A stretch of DNA of 64,000 bases from an uncultured Candidatus Saccharibacteria bacterium (GCA_964618765.1 CAZUDZ010000001.1:5826-69825), one strand, 5' to 3'. Counted from the stretch's first letter, positions 36,301 through 46,526 are shown. Notes: generated by a model from the letters alone, not told the origin. Numbers and translations: made by a program.

Positions 36301-38173
36301 AACCTATTGGTCTTTTCCTTTCTTTTCCCTTCTTTCCTTTCTTCTTTCTAACAAGGTAAGAGATTGTAGATATAAGGGATATCAGAATAGTTAATAGTAT
36401 CAATATTGGTATAGAGACTAAAAGAGCTTTTCCTAATACGGTGGTTTTTAATGCAGTAGTTATCAAGGAAATAACTTTAGGAGATGTAGCTTCTCGGATT
36501 TCACCTTTAGCAACAAGATCTGTATATGTCTTTAATTCATCCAAGTTGATCTCATCTTCAACACCATGAATCCTTATACTAAATCCTTCGGTTGTTAAAT
36601 CCACAATATCATTTGCAGAGTATATTCGTATATTTGAAAGCGAATCATTATTAAAAACTTCCCACAAAACTCTGTCTACCATTTGACCAATCTTAAAATT
36701 GTTGCTCTCAAAAGTAGGGTCTACGGAAAGCCATCCATACTCAGGAATCCAGATTTGTACCCATTGATGCCTTACTTGATTTGCAGTTGCAGTATTTCTA
36801 AGATTTGCGTACCCAATTGCAGCTCTTGTAGGAACCCCCTGTGCTCTTAATAGTGAAATCATTACATCAGCGTACTCCATACACACGGATGCTCCTCCCA
36901 GAAGAGCTTCCTTGGCTCCGATTCTTTCATTCTCGGAAGTTGCCTTCTGTTGATCATACTCTAGTTTTTCATTAATATATTGATAATTAGTTTGGACTAG
37001 ACTCAACAGAGTCTCTTGATTCTCTTTTAATGCCTGTGCTTCTTGCCTGATGAAATCATCATTACTTTGCCAGTATTTTGTAGCAGCAAGATATCTTTTT
37101 ACATATTCGCTTTTTCCTACAGCTTCTAGATATTGGTCATACCTCATATCAAAAGAATCCCAATCCTCTGTATATTCCTCCTGCTTGACGGAGATATATC
37201 CAGAGATATTAATACTACTTTTTTGATTAGCTGGTACTTCAAAAAGTGCCAGAATATTCCCCTCCTTGTCTTTGTAAATGTCTTTTGGAGGAGGAGATAC
37301 TTTTTCGAAATATACCTGCTGATTTGTTTCCGAGAACTCTCGTGGCAAAGATAGCTCGTAGATGTTTGTAGAGAGAGCTTTAAATGTAGAAGAGTATTTC
37401 TCAGAAATGAGAGAATCTGTTTTAGGGGTTACATAGTTTAAGTCAAATTTGTAAAGAACAGAGGTCCCAAATTCTAAGGAGGGAGAATTTGAAATTCTGT
37501 CTGTTTGTTTAAATTCAAAGTGGGTTTTGTCACTCTCATCTGTTTTTGTAAACTTAGGAAAAGCTTTGGCTAGAGGAGCAATATCTTGGTCTACTACGAT
37601 GGTAAAATAGTAGTTAAATACTGTTACTGTTCCATTTTCTTCATCTTTTCTTTCGAAGATAGTGTCTTTAGGTAAAGATGTTCCAACTATGTTAACAAAA
37701 CTACCAATTTTGGTAATATAGTCGTGGGAATTGTACTGCATGATAATATGGTATGGAGAGGTGGAGGTTGTGGATTTGTAGTTTGGCACAGTAATGTAAA
37801 TACCTTCCCCTGAGTCTTTTTCCTCAATAGAATATTTAACACTGTTTCCTTTGGAGTCTTTAACTGTGAGGGAATCCAGCTTGTATTTTCTTTCTAATTG
37901 AATTTCCTCCTCTTGATTGGTAGAGAGATCGGGGATATGGAATACCTTTTCTCCCGATGGGGAGAAGTAATAGGTGCTATTTTTTACAGTTCTAATGTAC
38001 TCTGTTTTTATGGTAGCAAAATCTTCTCCTGTGTTGTACTGCACTTCTGTTTTAGTATCAACTACAAAGTCTTCGTCTGAATCAGCTGCGACTGCCTTTT
38101 GTGAGAAAAGTAAGAGTAAGGATCCTAAAAGGAGTATAGGGAGGAGTATTTTTTGTGAATTCTTCATTCTCAA
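36293..38173 (-). CDS. Secreted, membrane-anchored transglutaminase-like protein
   Basis: Signal peptide, VCMEYA, HQWVQIW..GW..VDPT triad, C-terminal TM + basic tail. Confidence 0.85.
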   Translation of the reverse strand: MRMKNSQKILLPILLLGSLLLLFSQKAVAADSDEDFVVDTKTEVQYNTGEDFATIKTEYIRTVKNSTYYFSPSGEKVFHIPDLSTNQEEEIQLERKYKLDSLTVKDSKGNSVKYSIEEKDSGEGIYITVPNYKSTTSTSPYHIIMQYNSHDYITKIGSFVNIVGTSLPKDTIFERKDEENGTVTVFNYYFTIVVDQDIAPLAKAFPKFTKTDESDKTHFEFKQTDRISNSPSLEFGTSVLYKFDLNYVTPKTDSLISEKYSSTFKALSTNIYELSLPREFSETNQQVYFEKVSPPPKDIYKDKEGNILALFEVPANQKSSINISGYISVKQEEYTEDWDSFDMRYDQYLEAVGKSEYVKRYLAATKYWQSNDDFIRQEAQALKENQETLLSLVQTNYQYINEKLEYDQQKATSENERIGAKEALLGGASVCMEYADVMISLLRAQGVPTRAAIGYANLRNTATANQVRHQWVQIWIPEYGWLSVDPTFESNNFKIGQMVDRVLWEVFNNDSLSNIRIYSANDIVDLTTEGFSIRIHGVEDEINLDELKTYTDLVAKGEIREATSPKVISLITTALKTTVLGKALLVSIPILILLTILISLISTISYLVRKKKGKKGKERKRPIGSI

Positions 38174-38268
38174 GGCAGTAAATTAATATAAATGGTACAC
38201 ACTCTTCTATTTATTACTGAGCTACATTATATATATCATATCATCTATTATTATTATATAATCCACCT

Positions 38269-39375
38269 ATGTCAATTAAACAGTCACACTCCTTTTCGTT
38301 GGGTATTGTGGGATTACCCAATGTAGGAAAGTCAACAATATTTAATAATTTAACCAAAATGTCTGTCCCTGCAGAAAATTTCCCATTCTGTACGATAGAT
38401 AAGAATGTAGGTGTTGTTGAAATACCAGACAAAAGATTAAGTAAGCTAGCTAGGCACTTTCAAGCTCAGAAAATAGTGCCTTCTGCCATGACATTTGTAG
38501 ACATTGCTGGCCTAGTAAAGGGTGCTTCCAAAGGAGAGGGGCTAGGAAATCAATTTCTGTCTCACATCAGAGAGGTCGATGTAATTATGTATGTTTTAAG
38601 GGGTTTTGAGAGCGAGAAGGTGTCTCATGTATATGACAGAATTGATCCTGTTGCAGATTTTGAAATTGTACAATCTGAATTAATTCTGAAAGATATTGAG
38701 AGTGTAGAGAAAAGAATGCTAAATACTGAGAAAATGAGTAGAATAGGGGATAAAGAATCAATTAATGAGTATGAGGTGATTAAGAAGGTCTTAGAGGGTT
38801 TAAATAATGATATCCCCGTAATTGATATGAATTTGTCCAAAGAGGAGAAAGAAGTAATTGATGATCTATGGCTTTTAACAGGTAAGAAACGACTCTTTGT
38901 ACTTAATACAAAAGCAGATATTGACATGGAGAAGGTAGGAAGATGGAAAGAAGAGTTAGAAGAGAGAACAGGGGATATGGTTTTAGTAGTTGATATTAAA
39001 CTTCTTGCGGATATGGCAGATATGGGTGAGAGTGAAATGGAGGAGTACATTTCGATATTAGAGGAGAAGGTTTTTACAATAAAGGATGTCATAGAGGCCT
39101 CTTTTAAAACTCTGAATTTAATAACTTTCTATACCGGTTCTCAGAAAGAGTGTAATGCTTGGAGTATTGTAAATGGTAGTACGATAAAACAAGCTGCTGG
39201 AGCTATTCATACAGATTTAGAAAAAGGATTCATAACAGCGGATGTAGTTAATTTAGACAGTATGATTGAGGCAGGAGGGTGGGTAGGTGCGAAGGAGAAA
39301 GGGTTGATTAAAAACCATGGCAAGGAGTATGAGGTTAAGGATGGCGACTATGTTGTTGTATTAGCGAATAAGTAA
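38269..39375 (+). CDS. ychF: Redox-regulated ATPase YchF
   Basis: GIVGLPNVGKST, NFPFCTI, DIAGLVKGAS.GEGLGNQFL, AGAIHTD. Confidence 0.96.
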   Translation: MSIKQSHSFSLGIVGLPNVGKSTIFNNLTKMSVPAENFPFCTIDKNVGVVEIPDKRLSKLARHFQAQKIVPSAMTFVDIAGLVKGASKGEGLGNQFLSHIREVDVIMYVLRGFESEKVSHVYDRIDPVADFEIVQSELILKDIESVEKRMLNTEKMSRIGDKESINEYEVIKKVLEGLNNDIPVIDMNLSKEEKEVIDDLWLLTGKKRLFVLNTKADIDMEKVGRWKEELEERTGDMVLVVDIKLLADMADMGESEMEEYISILEEKVFTIKDVIEASFKTLNLITFYTGSQKECNAWSIVNGSTIKQAAGAIHTDLEKGFITADVVNLDSMIEAGGWVGAKEKGLIKNHGKEYEVKDGDYVVVLANK

Positions 39376-39383
39376 ATTACTTT

Positions 39384-39412
39384 TTGAAATTCTTGCTTTT
39401 AAGTGATATATT
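39384..39412 (+). promoter_or_regulatory. sigma-70 promoter of rpsF-ssb-rpsR
   Basis: TTGAAA-N17-TATATT with upstream TG. Confidence 0.55.
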
Positions 39413-39511
39413 CTCATATCGTAAGCATGGAGTATGTAGTTAGGTTATTGTTAAAAGTAACTTTTTCTGTTAGAATCCATTCTTGAGTTAAATTATACTG
39501 TTTAAGTGTTA

Positions 39512-39859
39512 ATGGTCGCTAAGAAACTAAAAAACTATGAAATGATTGTGGCTTTAAAACCCCTCTTGCCAGATGATTTGAGGAAGGAAATACATACAGA
39601 ATTTGTAGATATGGTTAAGACAGATGGGGGAGAGGTGGTAGATGTCGATGTTTGGGGTAAGAGGTATCTTTCTTACCAGATAAAAGGGCACAACGAAGGC
39701 TACTATATTGTCTATGACTTTAAGACTTTTCCTAAGCAGGTTGCAGAGATAAAGAGACAAATGCAACTTAAACAGGAGATTCTTCGTTTTATGATTGTAG
39801 AGGTAGAAGATGTTGATAGGATAGGGAAAAGTATAAAGAAGAAAGAGTTAAAGATTTAA
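39512..39859 (+). CDS. rpsF: 30S ribosomal protein S6
   Basis: YEM...L.P, WGKR.L.Y.I....EGYY, ILRF; rpsF-ssb-rpsR order. Confidence 0.94.
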   Translation: MVAKKLKNYEMIVALKPLLPDDLRKEIHTEFVDMVKTDGGEVVDVDVWGKRYLSYQIKGHNEGYYIVYDFKTFPKQVAEIKRQMQLKQEILRFMIVEVEDVDRIGKSIKKKELKI

Positions 39860-39920
39860 TCAGAATTTAATAATTGGTGTGTATAGTTAAAGGTAAGTTA
39901 AATTATAAATATATATAAAA

Positions 39921-40385
39921 ATGGCAGCAAGATCTTTAAATAAGGTTCTCCTAATAGGAAACTTAACTAGGGATCCAGAGATGAGGTATACAAACTCTGG
40001 GGTTCCTGTGGTTACATTTGGGATAGCTACAAATAAGTCTTGGAAGGATTCTGATGGGGAAACAAAAGAGTTAGCAGAGTTCCATAACTTAGTTGCGTGG
40101 AATAAGATGGCGGAAATCTGTCAACAACTTCTTGCAGTAGGGATGAAGGTATATGTAGAGGGTTCTCTAAATACTAGATCCTGGGAAGGGGATGATGGAG
40201 TAAAAAGATATAAAACTGAAGTAAGAGTTGATGAAATGATACTTTTAGACAGTAAAGGAAAAGATGGAGCAGGGATAGATGAGAACTCAAAACCCTCTCA
40301 GGAAGATGAAAACAAGGAAGAAGCTCCCGTAGAGGAAGAAGCACCTAAGGATGAAGATCCATTAGAGGAAGATTTACCATTTTAA
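39921..40385 (+). CDS. ssb: Single-stranded DNA-binding protein
   Basis: LNKVLLIGNLTRDPE, VYVEGSL.TRSW, C-terminal DLPF. Confidence 0.97.
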   Translation: MAARSLNKVLLIGNLTRDPEMRYTNSGVPVVTFGIATNKSWKDSDGETKELAEFHNLVAWNKMAEICQQLLAVGMKVYVEGSLNTRSWEGDDGVKRYKTEVRVDEMILLDSKGKDGAGIDENSKPSQEDENKEEAPVEEEAPKDEDPLEEDLPF

Positions 40386-40405
40386 TTTGAGTGTAATATT
40401 GATTA

Positions 40406-40759
40406 ATGGCTGATGAAATAAAAGATACAAATGAGAAAGTAAAGTCTTCGTTAAGTGATACTTTTGATGATTCAAAAATCACACAAGATGAAGAGGAAAC
40501 AGTAGAACACACAAAAAGAAGACCCAGAAGGAGAAGAAGGGTTGTTCAGAACTTAAAATGTCCACTATGTGAGTCAGGAGTAGGTGCTAAAGGTGTTAGC
40601 TACAAAGACATCTATCAGTTAAAGAAATATACCTCAGTAAGAGGAAAGATAATCTCTACAGAGAAATCTGGAGTTTGTAACAAACATCAAAGACAGATTA
40701 CAAGGGCTATTAAAAGAGCTAGATATATGGCATTACTTCCTTACTCTTTAGATGAGTAA
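40406..40759 (+). CDS. rpsR: 30S ribosomal protein S18 with N-terminal extension
   Basis: CPLC, YKD...LKKY...RGKI, G.C.KHQRQITRAIKRAR.MALLPY. Confidence 0.94.
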   Translation: MADEIKDTNEKVKSSLSDTFDDSKITQDEEETVEHTKRRPRRRRRVVQNLKCPLCESGVGAKGVSYKDIYQLKKYTSVRGKIISTEKSGVCNKHQRQITRAIKRARYMALLPYSLDE

Positions 40760-40808
40760 ATTGTAGGGAAGGTAAGTTAATAACGTATTAATGTAAGAAG
40801 TTAATAAA

Positions 40809-40835
40809 AAGAGGGGTTTTAAACCCCTCTTCTTT
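40809..40835 (+). terminator. Intrinsic terminator after rpsR
   Basis: AAGAGGGG-tttTaaa-CCCCTCTT hairpin followed by CTTT. Confidence 0.8.
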
Positions 40836-40871
40836 GTTGAAAACAAAGCTACTTTTAAGTAATATATAGCA

Positions 40872-42230
40872 ATGCCAAAACTGCCTTTACTAGAAAAAAA
40901 TGCGTACTTAAGTGTTGTGATTAAAGATAATGGGATATGGTCCCATTTGGCTTATACAGACCACAACGCAACAAGGGAATATATTCTCTCTGACTTTACA
41001 GATCTATATCCTTTAAGACATCGTTTAGACGATGAAGTTTTTTCAAGTGAGTTTTGGGGAGAGTATTTTGATAATTTAGAAAAGGTATTTAACTGGGATA
41101 TTGTGGACAGGAACAAGAACACCATATTTACGTTTAGAAAATTTAAGAATGAGGGAGATGGAATCAACGGTATTAGGGTGCAAATAGATGATAACCAGAA
41201 GTTTTTTGACAAGATATTCTCATCAGTTAGAAGTTTTTCTAAAGATGTGTCTCTTAGGGTAGTAGATGATCAATATATGTACAAAACATTACAAGAATTA
41301 GCACACAAGAGTGAGTATGACGATATCATATATGTAGATATGGATCTTATGGACTTCTCGGTATTTCGTGTAAGAAAAGTGTATGACAGAAGGAGTAAGC
41401 AGAGTAAAAATATTTTCTCTAGGTCAAAGGTGAATTGGAAGGACACTGTGTCTTTAATTGATTCTCTCCGAGATGCAAGATTTGGAGCCTTCTTGGCCAC
41501 GGATATAGGGAGAAAGGAAGTACTGAATTATTGGAGCAACTTCGTTTTTAACAGAATTTTCTCTTCCGAAGACCCTAACCTTTTAGATATTCTCAGATCG
41601 TATTGTACTATACAAAATCATTCGATATATAGGGATAATAGTGAGAAGATAGAGGGTTTCGGAGTCTCTGGTCAGGAGAGTTGCTTGATTGTCTCTGGAT
41701 ACATCCCTCGTGTTTTGGGGAAGTCAATAACTATGTTGACACTAATAGACGGATTAGAATTAAAAGGAGTTTTTGATTGCTGTTGGGATCTAGATGCTAA
41801 GTTGCTTTCGTATGGTAGAAGTTATGTGGATGGAGTTAATACAGCGGATATTATTTTAACAAGGAGTGAGATACTCTCCGACTTTACAAAGGTAGTACTT
41901 CCATATATAAAATCCTCAATAGCTTCAAACAAAGTAATTTTCTCGGGTACTGTAGAATCATTAAGCACCAAAAAGAATGAAATCTTTACACTCTCAAACA
42001 AATACTCTTATATAGATTTGCCAGTGAGTAATAATGAGAAATTTGTAGTGGAGGGACAGTTGAAAGAAGGTTTGTACATTCCTCCTAGCAAAAACAGGTT
42101 TGTAAACTTTGTGTCTGCTCCCAATGGTAAACAGTATGAGTCTATTCTTGTAGATGCAAGAGCTAGGCCGGTTGTGTATGGGCCTGATAGTAGTGCCAAT
42201 AAATTAAAGTTGCAAGAGTGGATAAAATGA
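40872..42230 (+). CDS. Hypothetical protein, degenerate GlmL/MutL (glutamate mutase L)-like
   Basis: Long ORF with own promoter; C-terminal ILVDARARP and LTLIDGLEL.G resemble GlmL family motifs (recognised by eye). Confidence 0.5.
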   Translation: MPKLPLLEKNAYLSVVIKDNGIWSHLAYTDHNATREYILSDFTDLYPLRHRLDDEVFSSEFWGEYFDNLEKVFNWDIVDRNKNTIFTFRKFKNEGDGINGIRVQIDDNQKFFDKIFSSVRSFSKDVSLRVVDDQYMYKTLQELAHKSEYDDIIYVDMDLMDFSVFRVRKVYDRRSKQSKNIFSRSKVNWKDTVSLIDSLRDARFGAFLATDIGRKEVLNYWSNFVFNRIFSSEDPNLLDILRSYCTIQNHSIYRDNSEKIEGFGVSGQESCLIVSGYIPRVLGKSITMLTLIDGLELKGVFDCCWDLDAKLLSYGRSYVDGVNTADIILTRSEILSDFTKVVLPYIKSSIASNKVIFSGTVESLSTKKNEIFTLSNKYSYIDLPVSNNEKFVVEGQLKEGLYIPPSKNRFVNFVSAPNGKQYESILVDARARPVVYGPDSSANKLKLQEWIK

Positions 42231-43258
42231 TAGTAAGAAGGAAGATATTTGAAAGATATACAGATTACAGGTTTAATATCCCATATAAACCAGGGGATAG
42301 AGTATTGGTAAAAAGGGGAGATACTCTAAAGGAGAGTTCAGACCTTATTACTAAGAGGGGTAGTAATATTAAGCAATCTTTCTATTTGCCCGAGAAGATA
42401 GGAGTTGAAATATCAAAATTGCCAGAATATATAAAGTGTATGGATGGTGTGTTTGTAAATAAGGGAGATATTTTAGCAGAGAAAACTTTAGCAGGAGGCT
42501 TGAGTGTAAAAAGAGTTCTCTCTCCTGCACAGGGTGTGGTAGATCTTTCTAGGTTAGGTAGTGGCTATCTAGACTTACTGGGGGAGGAGAGTGAGATAGT
42601 TGTAAAAAGTACCTTTGGGGGAATAGTAGAAGGAGTGGACCCTGTCGAGGGAATAAATATTGTCTCAGATTCGTATGCTTTAGACCTCCTTTCTATTTCA
42701 GATATTCTTACAAGGTCGAAAGAAGAAAGGAAAATTTTTGGAGAGTTTATTGTCCTAGGAGATGGCAAGGATCTTGTTTTACATGCGGATAACTCAGACT
42801 ATCAGGACAAAATAGTGTTTGTTGGAAAATATCTCCACACCAGCCTACTTAATGATCTGTTCGAAAAAGGAGCTCTCTTTGTTTTAACATACTCCATGGA
42901 TTACGAGGATTTTAGAAGACAAGGCTTACCAGTTGGTGTAATCGGGGGATTTGGGGAGATATATTCTAGCAAGCAGATAATAGAGTTGATATCTTCCATG
43001 AGAGGGAAATTTGCTGTGCTAGATTATGATGAGAACCAAATATTCTTTATCACCAAAGATAAAACCTTCCTTTCTAAAGAAGAATTGTTTGTCAGAGTAG
43101 CATCTGGGAGCACCATACTCTCTCGTTCTCTTTCGAATTACGGAATGCTTGGGAAAATATTGTCAGTAGAGGAGGAAGGCCTCTATGTAAATGTCCAATG
43201 GGAGGGTGGTCAGAGAAGTATCATAAGTTTAGCAAGTGTCGAATTTGTGTCTCTTTGA
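42227..43258 (+). CDS. Hypothetical protein with barrel-sandwich hybrid-like motifs
   Basis: VLVKRGD.L, V.KGDILAE...VLSPAQGVV, GG.V; ATGA overlap with upstream stop. Confidence 0.55.
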   Translation: MIVRRKIFERYTDYRFNIPYKPGDRVLVKRGDTLKESSDLITKRGSNIKQSFYLPEKIGVEISKLPEYIKCMDGVFVNKGDILAEKTLAGGLSVKRVLSPAQGVVDLSRLGSGYLDLLGEESEIVVKSTFGGIVEGVDPVEGINIVSDSYALDLLSISDILTRSKEERKIFGEFIVLGDGKDLVLHADNSDYQDKIVFVGKYLHTSLLNDLFEKGALFVLTYSMDYEDFRRQGLPVGVIGGFGEIYSSKQIIELISSMRGKFAVLDYDENQIFFITKDKTFLSKEELFVRVASGSTILSRSLSNYGMLGKILSVEEEGLYVNVQWEGGQRSIISLASVEFVSL

Positions 43259-43331
43259 GTATGGAGTATAATAAATATGTTTTTGTACATATAGTTGACA
43301 GAATCTTAACTTTAATTAAATAATTACAATC

Positions 43332-44558
43332 GTGAAAGAGCAAGAAAAAGAGCAAAATAGTTTCAAGAAGGTTTTAGGGATAGGAATTCTCGTTGTAACG
43401 GTTTTTACATTAGGTTTAGTTGTAGGAAGAAGTTTCCAAATTGATTCTACTATGTTGAATTTTGGTGTATCTCGTGATTTAGATCTAGGCGTATTTTGGA
43501 AAGTGCTTGATATTACTAAACGAGAGTATGTCAATTCCGGAGAAATAGATAACAAAAAGCTAGTCTATGGCGCTACCAAAGGTCTAATCAATGCTCTCGA
43601 TGATCCTGGTACAGCCTTTTTAACTCCTGAAGAGACACAGGAGTTTGATAATGCTAGCCAAGGGAAGTATTTTGAGGGAATTGGAGCAGAGTTAGGTTAT
43701 GATGATGGTCAGGTGATAGTAGTATCGCCTTTAGAAGGTTCTCCTGCAAAAGAGGCTGGTATAAGGTCTGGAGACTATATTCTTAAAGTAGATGATTACG
43801 AAATTACCCTAAAGGATACAGTGTATGATATCGTCGCAAAGATAAGAGGGGAGGGAGGAACAGAAGTAGTGCTAACAGTCTTACACCGAGGGGAAAAGGA
43901 TCCTGTCGAGATAACTGTTAAAAGGAGAGAAATTACAGTCCCTAGTATGTCCTTGGAGTTTAAAGGAGAGAATGGGCAGATTGCATATCTTAAGGTAGGA
44001 AGATTTACGGAGAATAGCTATAACGAATGGGTTAAGAACTGGGATAGGAAGATAGATGAAATAGTTGTTTCAGAAAGTAAAAAAGTAATTCTTGATTTAA
44101 GAGGTAATCCTGGAGGGTTTTTTGATGCAGCCATATATGCAGCTGACGAGTTTTTGGGTGATGGCTATGTAATATCCAAACAGAAAGATTCACAAGACAG
44201 TATAAAAGAGTATAACTCAACGAGTAAGGGTAAACTCTTAGATGTAGAGCTGGTAGTTTTAGTTAACTCCGGTAGTGCTTCGGCATCAGAGATCCTTACT
44301 GGTGCACTACAACATGCCGATAGGGCGACAGTAATAGGGGAAAATACTTTCGGGAAAGGAACAGCACAGAGGATCTTTAGTTTGCAAGATGGCTCCTCTT
44401 TACACTTAACCATCTTAAAGTGGTTATTACCTAACGGTTCAATTATCGAGAGAGAAAATCCTGTTGTCCCAGATATTAAGGTAGAATTAACTAATGATGA
44501 CTTTATTGAAGGAAATGATCCTCAGTTGGATAAAGCTATTGAGGTTTTAAATAAATAA
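43332..44558 (+). CDS. ctpA: S41 carboxyl-terminal protease
   Basis: N-terminal TM, GIGAEL PDZ, DLRGNPGG, SASASEI, FGKG. Confidence 0.93.
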   Translation: MKEQEKEQNSFKKVLGIGILVVTVFTLGLVVGRSFQIDSTMLNFGVSRDLDLGVFWKVLDITKREYVNSGEIDNKKLVYGATKGLINALDDPGTAFLTPEETQEFDNASQGKYFEGIGAELGYDDGQVIVVSPLEGSPAKEAGIRSGDYILKVDDYEITLKDTVYDIVAKIRGEGGTEVVLTVLHRGEKDPVEITVKRREITVPSMSLEFKGENGQIAYLKVGRFTENSYNEWVKNWDRKIDEIVVSESKKVILDLRGNPGGFFDAAIYAADEFLGDGYVISKQKDSQDSIKEYNSTSKGKLLDVELVVLVNSGSASASEILTGALQHADRATVIGENTFGKGTAQRIFSLQDGSSLHLTILKWLLPNGSIIERENPVVPDIKVELTNDDFIEGNDPQLDKAIEVLNK

Positions 44559-44576
44559 ATTATTACTTAAATAAAG

Positions 44577-45737
44577 ATGGATAAGGAAGTAAAGGATAAG
44601 AAAACAAGAATTCCCAATAAACAGGTTTTAATGTTTGTAGGGATATTTCTTGTTACCTTGGGAACCTTCTTTTTAATATTCTTCGCAGCTTACATAGGAG
44701 TTACTTACTCTTCAGCAATTCGTCAGTATGCTACCAATATCGAAGATAAAGAGAACAAAGATCAGAAACAAATAGTTATAACAGAAGCAGAGAAGAATAC
44801 TGTAGAGATAATAGAAGAAGCAAGTCACTCTGTTGTAAGTATTGCAATGTCTACTTTAGCTCTTACACAAGAGCAGGGGATAATAGATAAGAGTCAAAAT
44901 ATCGGGACTGGGTTTGTAGTGGACAAGGAGGGTTTGATAATAACTAATCAGCATGTAGTATCAGATTTAAATGCAGAGTATATGGTAGTAACAGAAGATG
45001 GTAAGGAGTATGGAGTTTTAGAAATTTTAAGAGATGATTTAAATGATATCGCAATAGTGAAAGTAGATCCTAAGGAGCAAGAGAATGATCTAAATCCTCT
45101 CTCTCTGGGTGATTCAGATACTCTTCTTGTTGGTCAAAGTGTTGTTGCCATAGGGACTCCTTTAGGAGAGTACGCTGGAAGTGCTACAACGGGGATAATA
45201 AGTGGATTAGATAGGTCAGTAACTGCAAGTTCTGGTTGGTTTGGTTCGACAGCCAAGACATATGAAGATGTGATACAAACAGATGCTGCAGTGAATCCAG
45301 GAAACTCTGGAGGGCCTTTAATTAACTCTCAGGGGGAGGTTATAGGGATTAATTTTGCAACGACTTCTGGAGCGGATAACATCTCTTTTGCAATACCAAT
45401 AAACAAGGCAAAGGGAAGACTAGAAGAGTATAGGACATATGGTAAATTTATCAGACCTTTCCTAGGAGTTACCTATCAAATGATTTCTCAGTATGAGGCT
45501 CTGTACTATTCTGATGTTGTCCCCGGGGCATTAATCTTAAGAGTAGATCCGACCTCTCCTGCGTATGAAGGTAAGTTAAAAAGGGGTGATATTATAACAA
45601 AATTTGGTGAGTATGAGGTTAACAAGTCATTAGCAGATATAATACAGCAACATGAAGTAGGACAGGAAATTGAAATTAAAATATTTCGAGATGGCAAGGA
45701 AGAAAAGGTGACGATTATACTAGGAGAGATGGATTAG
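44577..45737 (+). CDS. HtrA/DegP-family serine protease with one PDZ domain
   Basis: GTGFVV, ITNQHVV, DIA, QTDAAVNPGNSGGPL. Confidence 0.94.
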   Translation: MDKEVKDKKTRIPNKQVLMFVGIFLVTLGTFFLIFFAAYIGVTYSSAIRQYATNIEDKENKDQKQIVITEAEKNTVEIIEEASHSVVSIAMSTLALTQEQGIIDKSQNIGTGFVVDKEGLIITNQHVVSDLNAEYMVVTEDGKEYGVLEILRDDLNDIAIVKVDPKEQENDLNPLSLGDSDTLLVGQSVVAIGTPLGEYAGSATTGIISGLDRSVTASSGWFGSTAKTYEDVIQTDAAVNPGNSGGPLINSQGEVIGINFATTSGADNISFAIPINKAKGRLEEYRTYGKFIRPFLGVTYQMISQYEALYYSDVVPGALILRVDPTSPAYEGKLKRGDIITKFGEYEVNKSLADIIQQHEVGQEIEIKIFRDGKEEKVTIILGEMD

Positions 45738-46526
45738 AACAAATCTGTTTAGACCTCTAAAATCATTTACAATCTGGTATTTGTAGCTGTTGAATAACTC
45801 TTTAACATTCCCTAAGGTAGAAGGTTCTATCTCTATTAGTAAAGTAAGCTTTTTGTCTTCAGCTTCAATCCTTTTTAGTTGTTCTAACATCTCTTTGTAA
45901 TATTTAAGCCCATCTTCTCCTCCATCAAGGGCTTGTTCAGGTTCAAATTCCTTTATACTTCTGTCTAATTTGTTATACATATCTGTAGGTATATATGGCA
46001 GATTGGCAACAACAAGGGTAGGGGAATCTATATTAAGATGCTCTAGAAGATTACCCCTTAAAAAGGAGACTTTCTTGTTAACTTTATGTAACAGGGCATT
46101 TCTCTTTGCTATCTTTAGAGTCTTCTCACTTATATCTACTCCTGTGAATTTGATGTCTTTTTCTTTACGCAAATTTTTAGCAATAGAAATAATGATACAA
46201 CCAGACCCAGTACCTACATCGATTACATGTTTGAAAGGAGGATTTTTTGATAATAAATCTAAAGTAATACTGACTAGCTCTTCCGTCTCCACCCTTGGTA
46301 TCAAGGTGTTTCTGTCTACTAGGAAGTCATATCCGTAGAAACTACTAACACCTCTAATATATTCCCACGGCTCGCCACTTTCTATCCTTTCCAAAACAGC
46401 AGGAAGTTCAATATCGTTTTCTTCACAATATTCTAATATTTCTTTGGAAATTCTAGAGAGATCAAAATAGGCATTACTCTCTAGCACTTTTTGAATATGA
46501 TATATATCTTTAAGACTCTTTCTCAC
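45720..46526 (-). CDS. prmC: Release factor glutamine methyltransferase
   Basis: GEPWEYI.G, LIPRVETE, DVGTGSG, NLPY, ALDGG.DGL; follows prfA. Confidence 0.94.
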   Translation of the reverse strand: MRKSLKDIYHIQKVLESNAYFDLSRISKEILEYCEENDIELPAVLERIESGEPWEYIRGVSSFYGYDFLVDRNTLIPRVETEELVSITLDLLSKNPPFKHVIDVGTGSGCIIISIAKNLRKEKDIKFTGVDISEKTLKIAKRNALLHKVNKKVSFLRGNLLEHLNIDSPTLVVANLPYIPTDMYNKLDRSIKEFEPEQALDGGEDGLKYYKEMLEQLKRIEAEDKKLTLLIEIEPSTLGNVKELFNSYKYQIVNDFRGLNRFVLIHLS

